A stretch of 53,626 bases of DNA from the IMG/VR virus record IMGVR_UViG_3300037440_000172, positions 1-53,626 of that record; one strand, written 5' to 3'. Made by a program: the position numbers and the translations under genes. Under the pieces are notes generated by a model that had not been told where the DNA came from, made no database searches, and worked only from the letters and a program-made list of their open reading frames with translations. The number at the start of each line of letters is the position of its first letter. The stretch's first letter is position 1. Source of the DNA: a virus. Taxonomy: Duplodnaviria; Caudoviricetes. Below are positions 53,128 through 53,626 of this stretch, piece after piece.

Positions 53128-53613
53128 TTAGGACGCTGCTGATTTGCCGATCTCAGAGAACACAATGGTCCCGCTCATCGAAGCAACTGTCGGCGCGGTG
53201 ATCCGGACATGCGCTGGTTGGCTGACCTCGAAGATCGGCCGATCACACGGGTTCGGCTTGTATTGCCAGCGAAGCTCGCTCGTCACATCGGCGTAAAGCC
53301 GGACCGCGCTCGTAGTTGAGACGACTGCCGACGACGGCCCTGTCACCGCAGATTTCGCCGTTGACGCCGCCGCCCATCCGTGGATGTTACGCGGTGTGAT
53401 GGCAGCGCCAGCGCTGACGCCAGTGGACCCGCGCCAGATCTCGACACCGACATCGGTGCCGTCAGAAGACGGTATCCCGAGCACGATCTCGTGGATGCAC
53501 ACGCGCGAATTCGATGACGGCACGATCCCGAATACGTCATGAGGATTTGCCGTCAGCGCGGTGGATACGAACGCGGCGGTGTAAATCGGCCCGTTCGCTC
53601 TTTCGTAGCTCAT
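53128..53613 (-). CDS. Ser/Thr-rich putative virion protein
   Basis: Beta-rich Ser/Thr/Ala composition; ends in G.I.F.E. Confidence 0.55.
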   Translation of the reverse strand: MSYERANGPIYTAAFVSTALTANPHDVFGIVPSSNSRVCIHEIVLGIPSSDGTDVGVEIWRGSTGVSAGAAITPRNIHGWAAASTAKSAVTGPSSAVVSTTSAVRLYADVTSELRWQYKPNPCDRPIFEVSQPAHVRITAPTVASMSGTIVFSEIGKSAAS

Positions 53614-53626
53614 TTCTTTTGGGCTT

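Noticed and set aside
1-53626. CRISPR array, tRNA or rRNA genes
   Set aside because: No repeat-spacer array or cloverleaf/T-loop signature was seen by eye; tRNAscan and CRISPR finders would be needed to exclude them fully.

Overview
The window is most of a GC-rich temperate podovirus-type phage genome, probably from an alphaproteobacterial host (host is inference). No host genes are visible. On the + strand, 1-5.8 kb holds short early genes, an excisionase-like gene and a tyrosine integrase. On the - strand (read 53.6 kb to 5.8 kb) a long late region encodes Ser/Thr-rich putative virion proteins, a ten-enzyme pseudaminic/legionaminic-type nonulosonate pathway, a sialyltransferase/Maf-like protein, TerS/TerL, portal, scaffold, major capsid, tail tubular proteins A/B, internal virion proteins including a 3759-aa polyvalent protein, a tail fibre and a lysis cassette. 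Two results stand out. (1) The major capsid gene is split into four exons by three group I introns. One carries a double-motif LAGLIDADG endonuclease and two are ORF-less relatives of each other; the splice sites read from the sequence restore a 279-aa ORF. (2) The sugar pathway and candidate transferase sit among virion genes whose products are enriched in Ser-Thr motifs, suggesting a self-contained virion glycosylation system. Other signals include a repeated internal-loop RNA motif in the capsid leader, three free-standing HNH genes and a divergent promoter switch. Family assignments come from motif recognition, not database searches.
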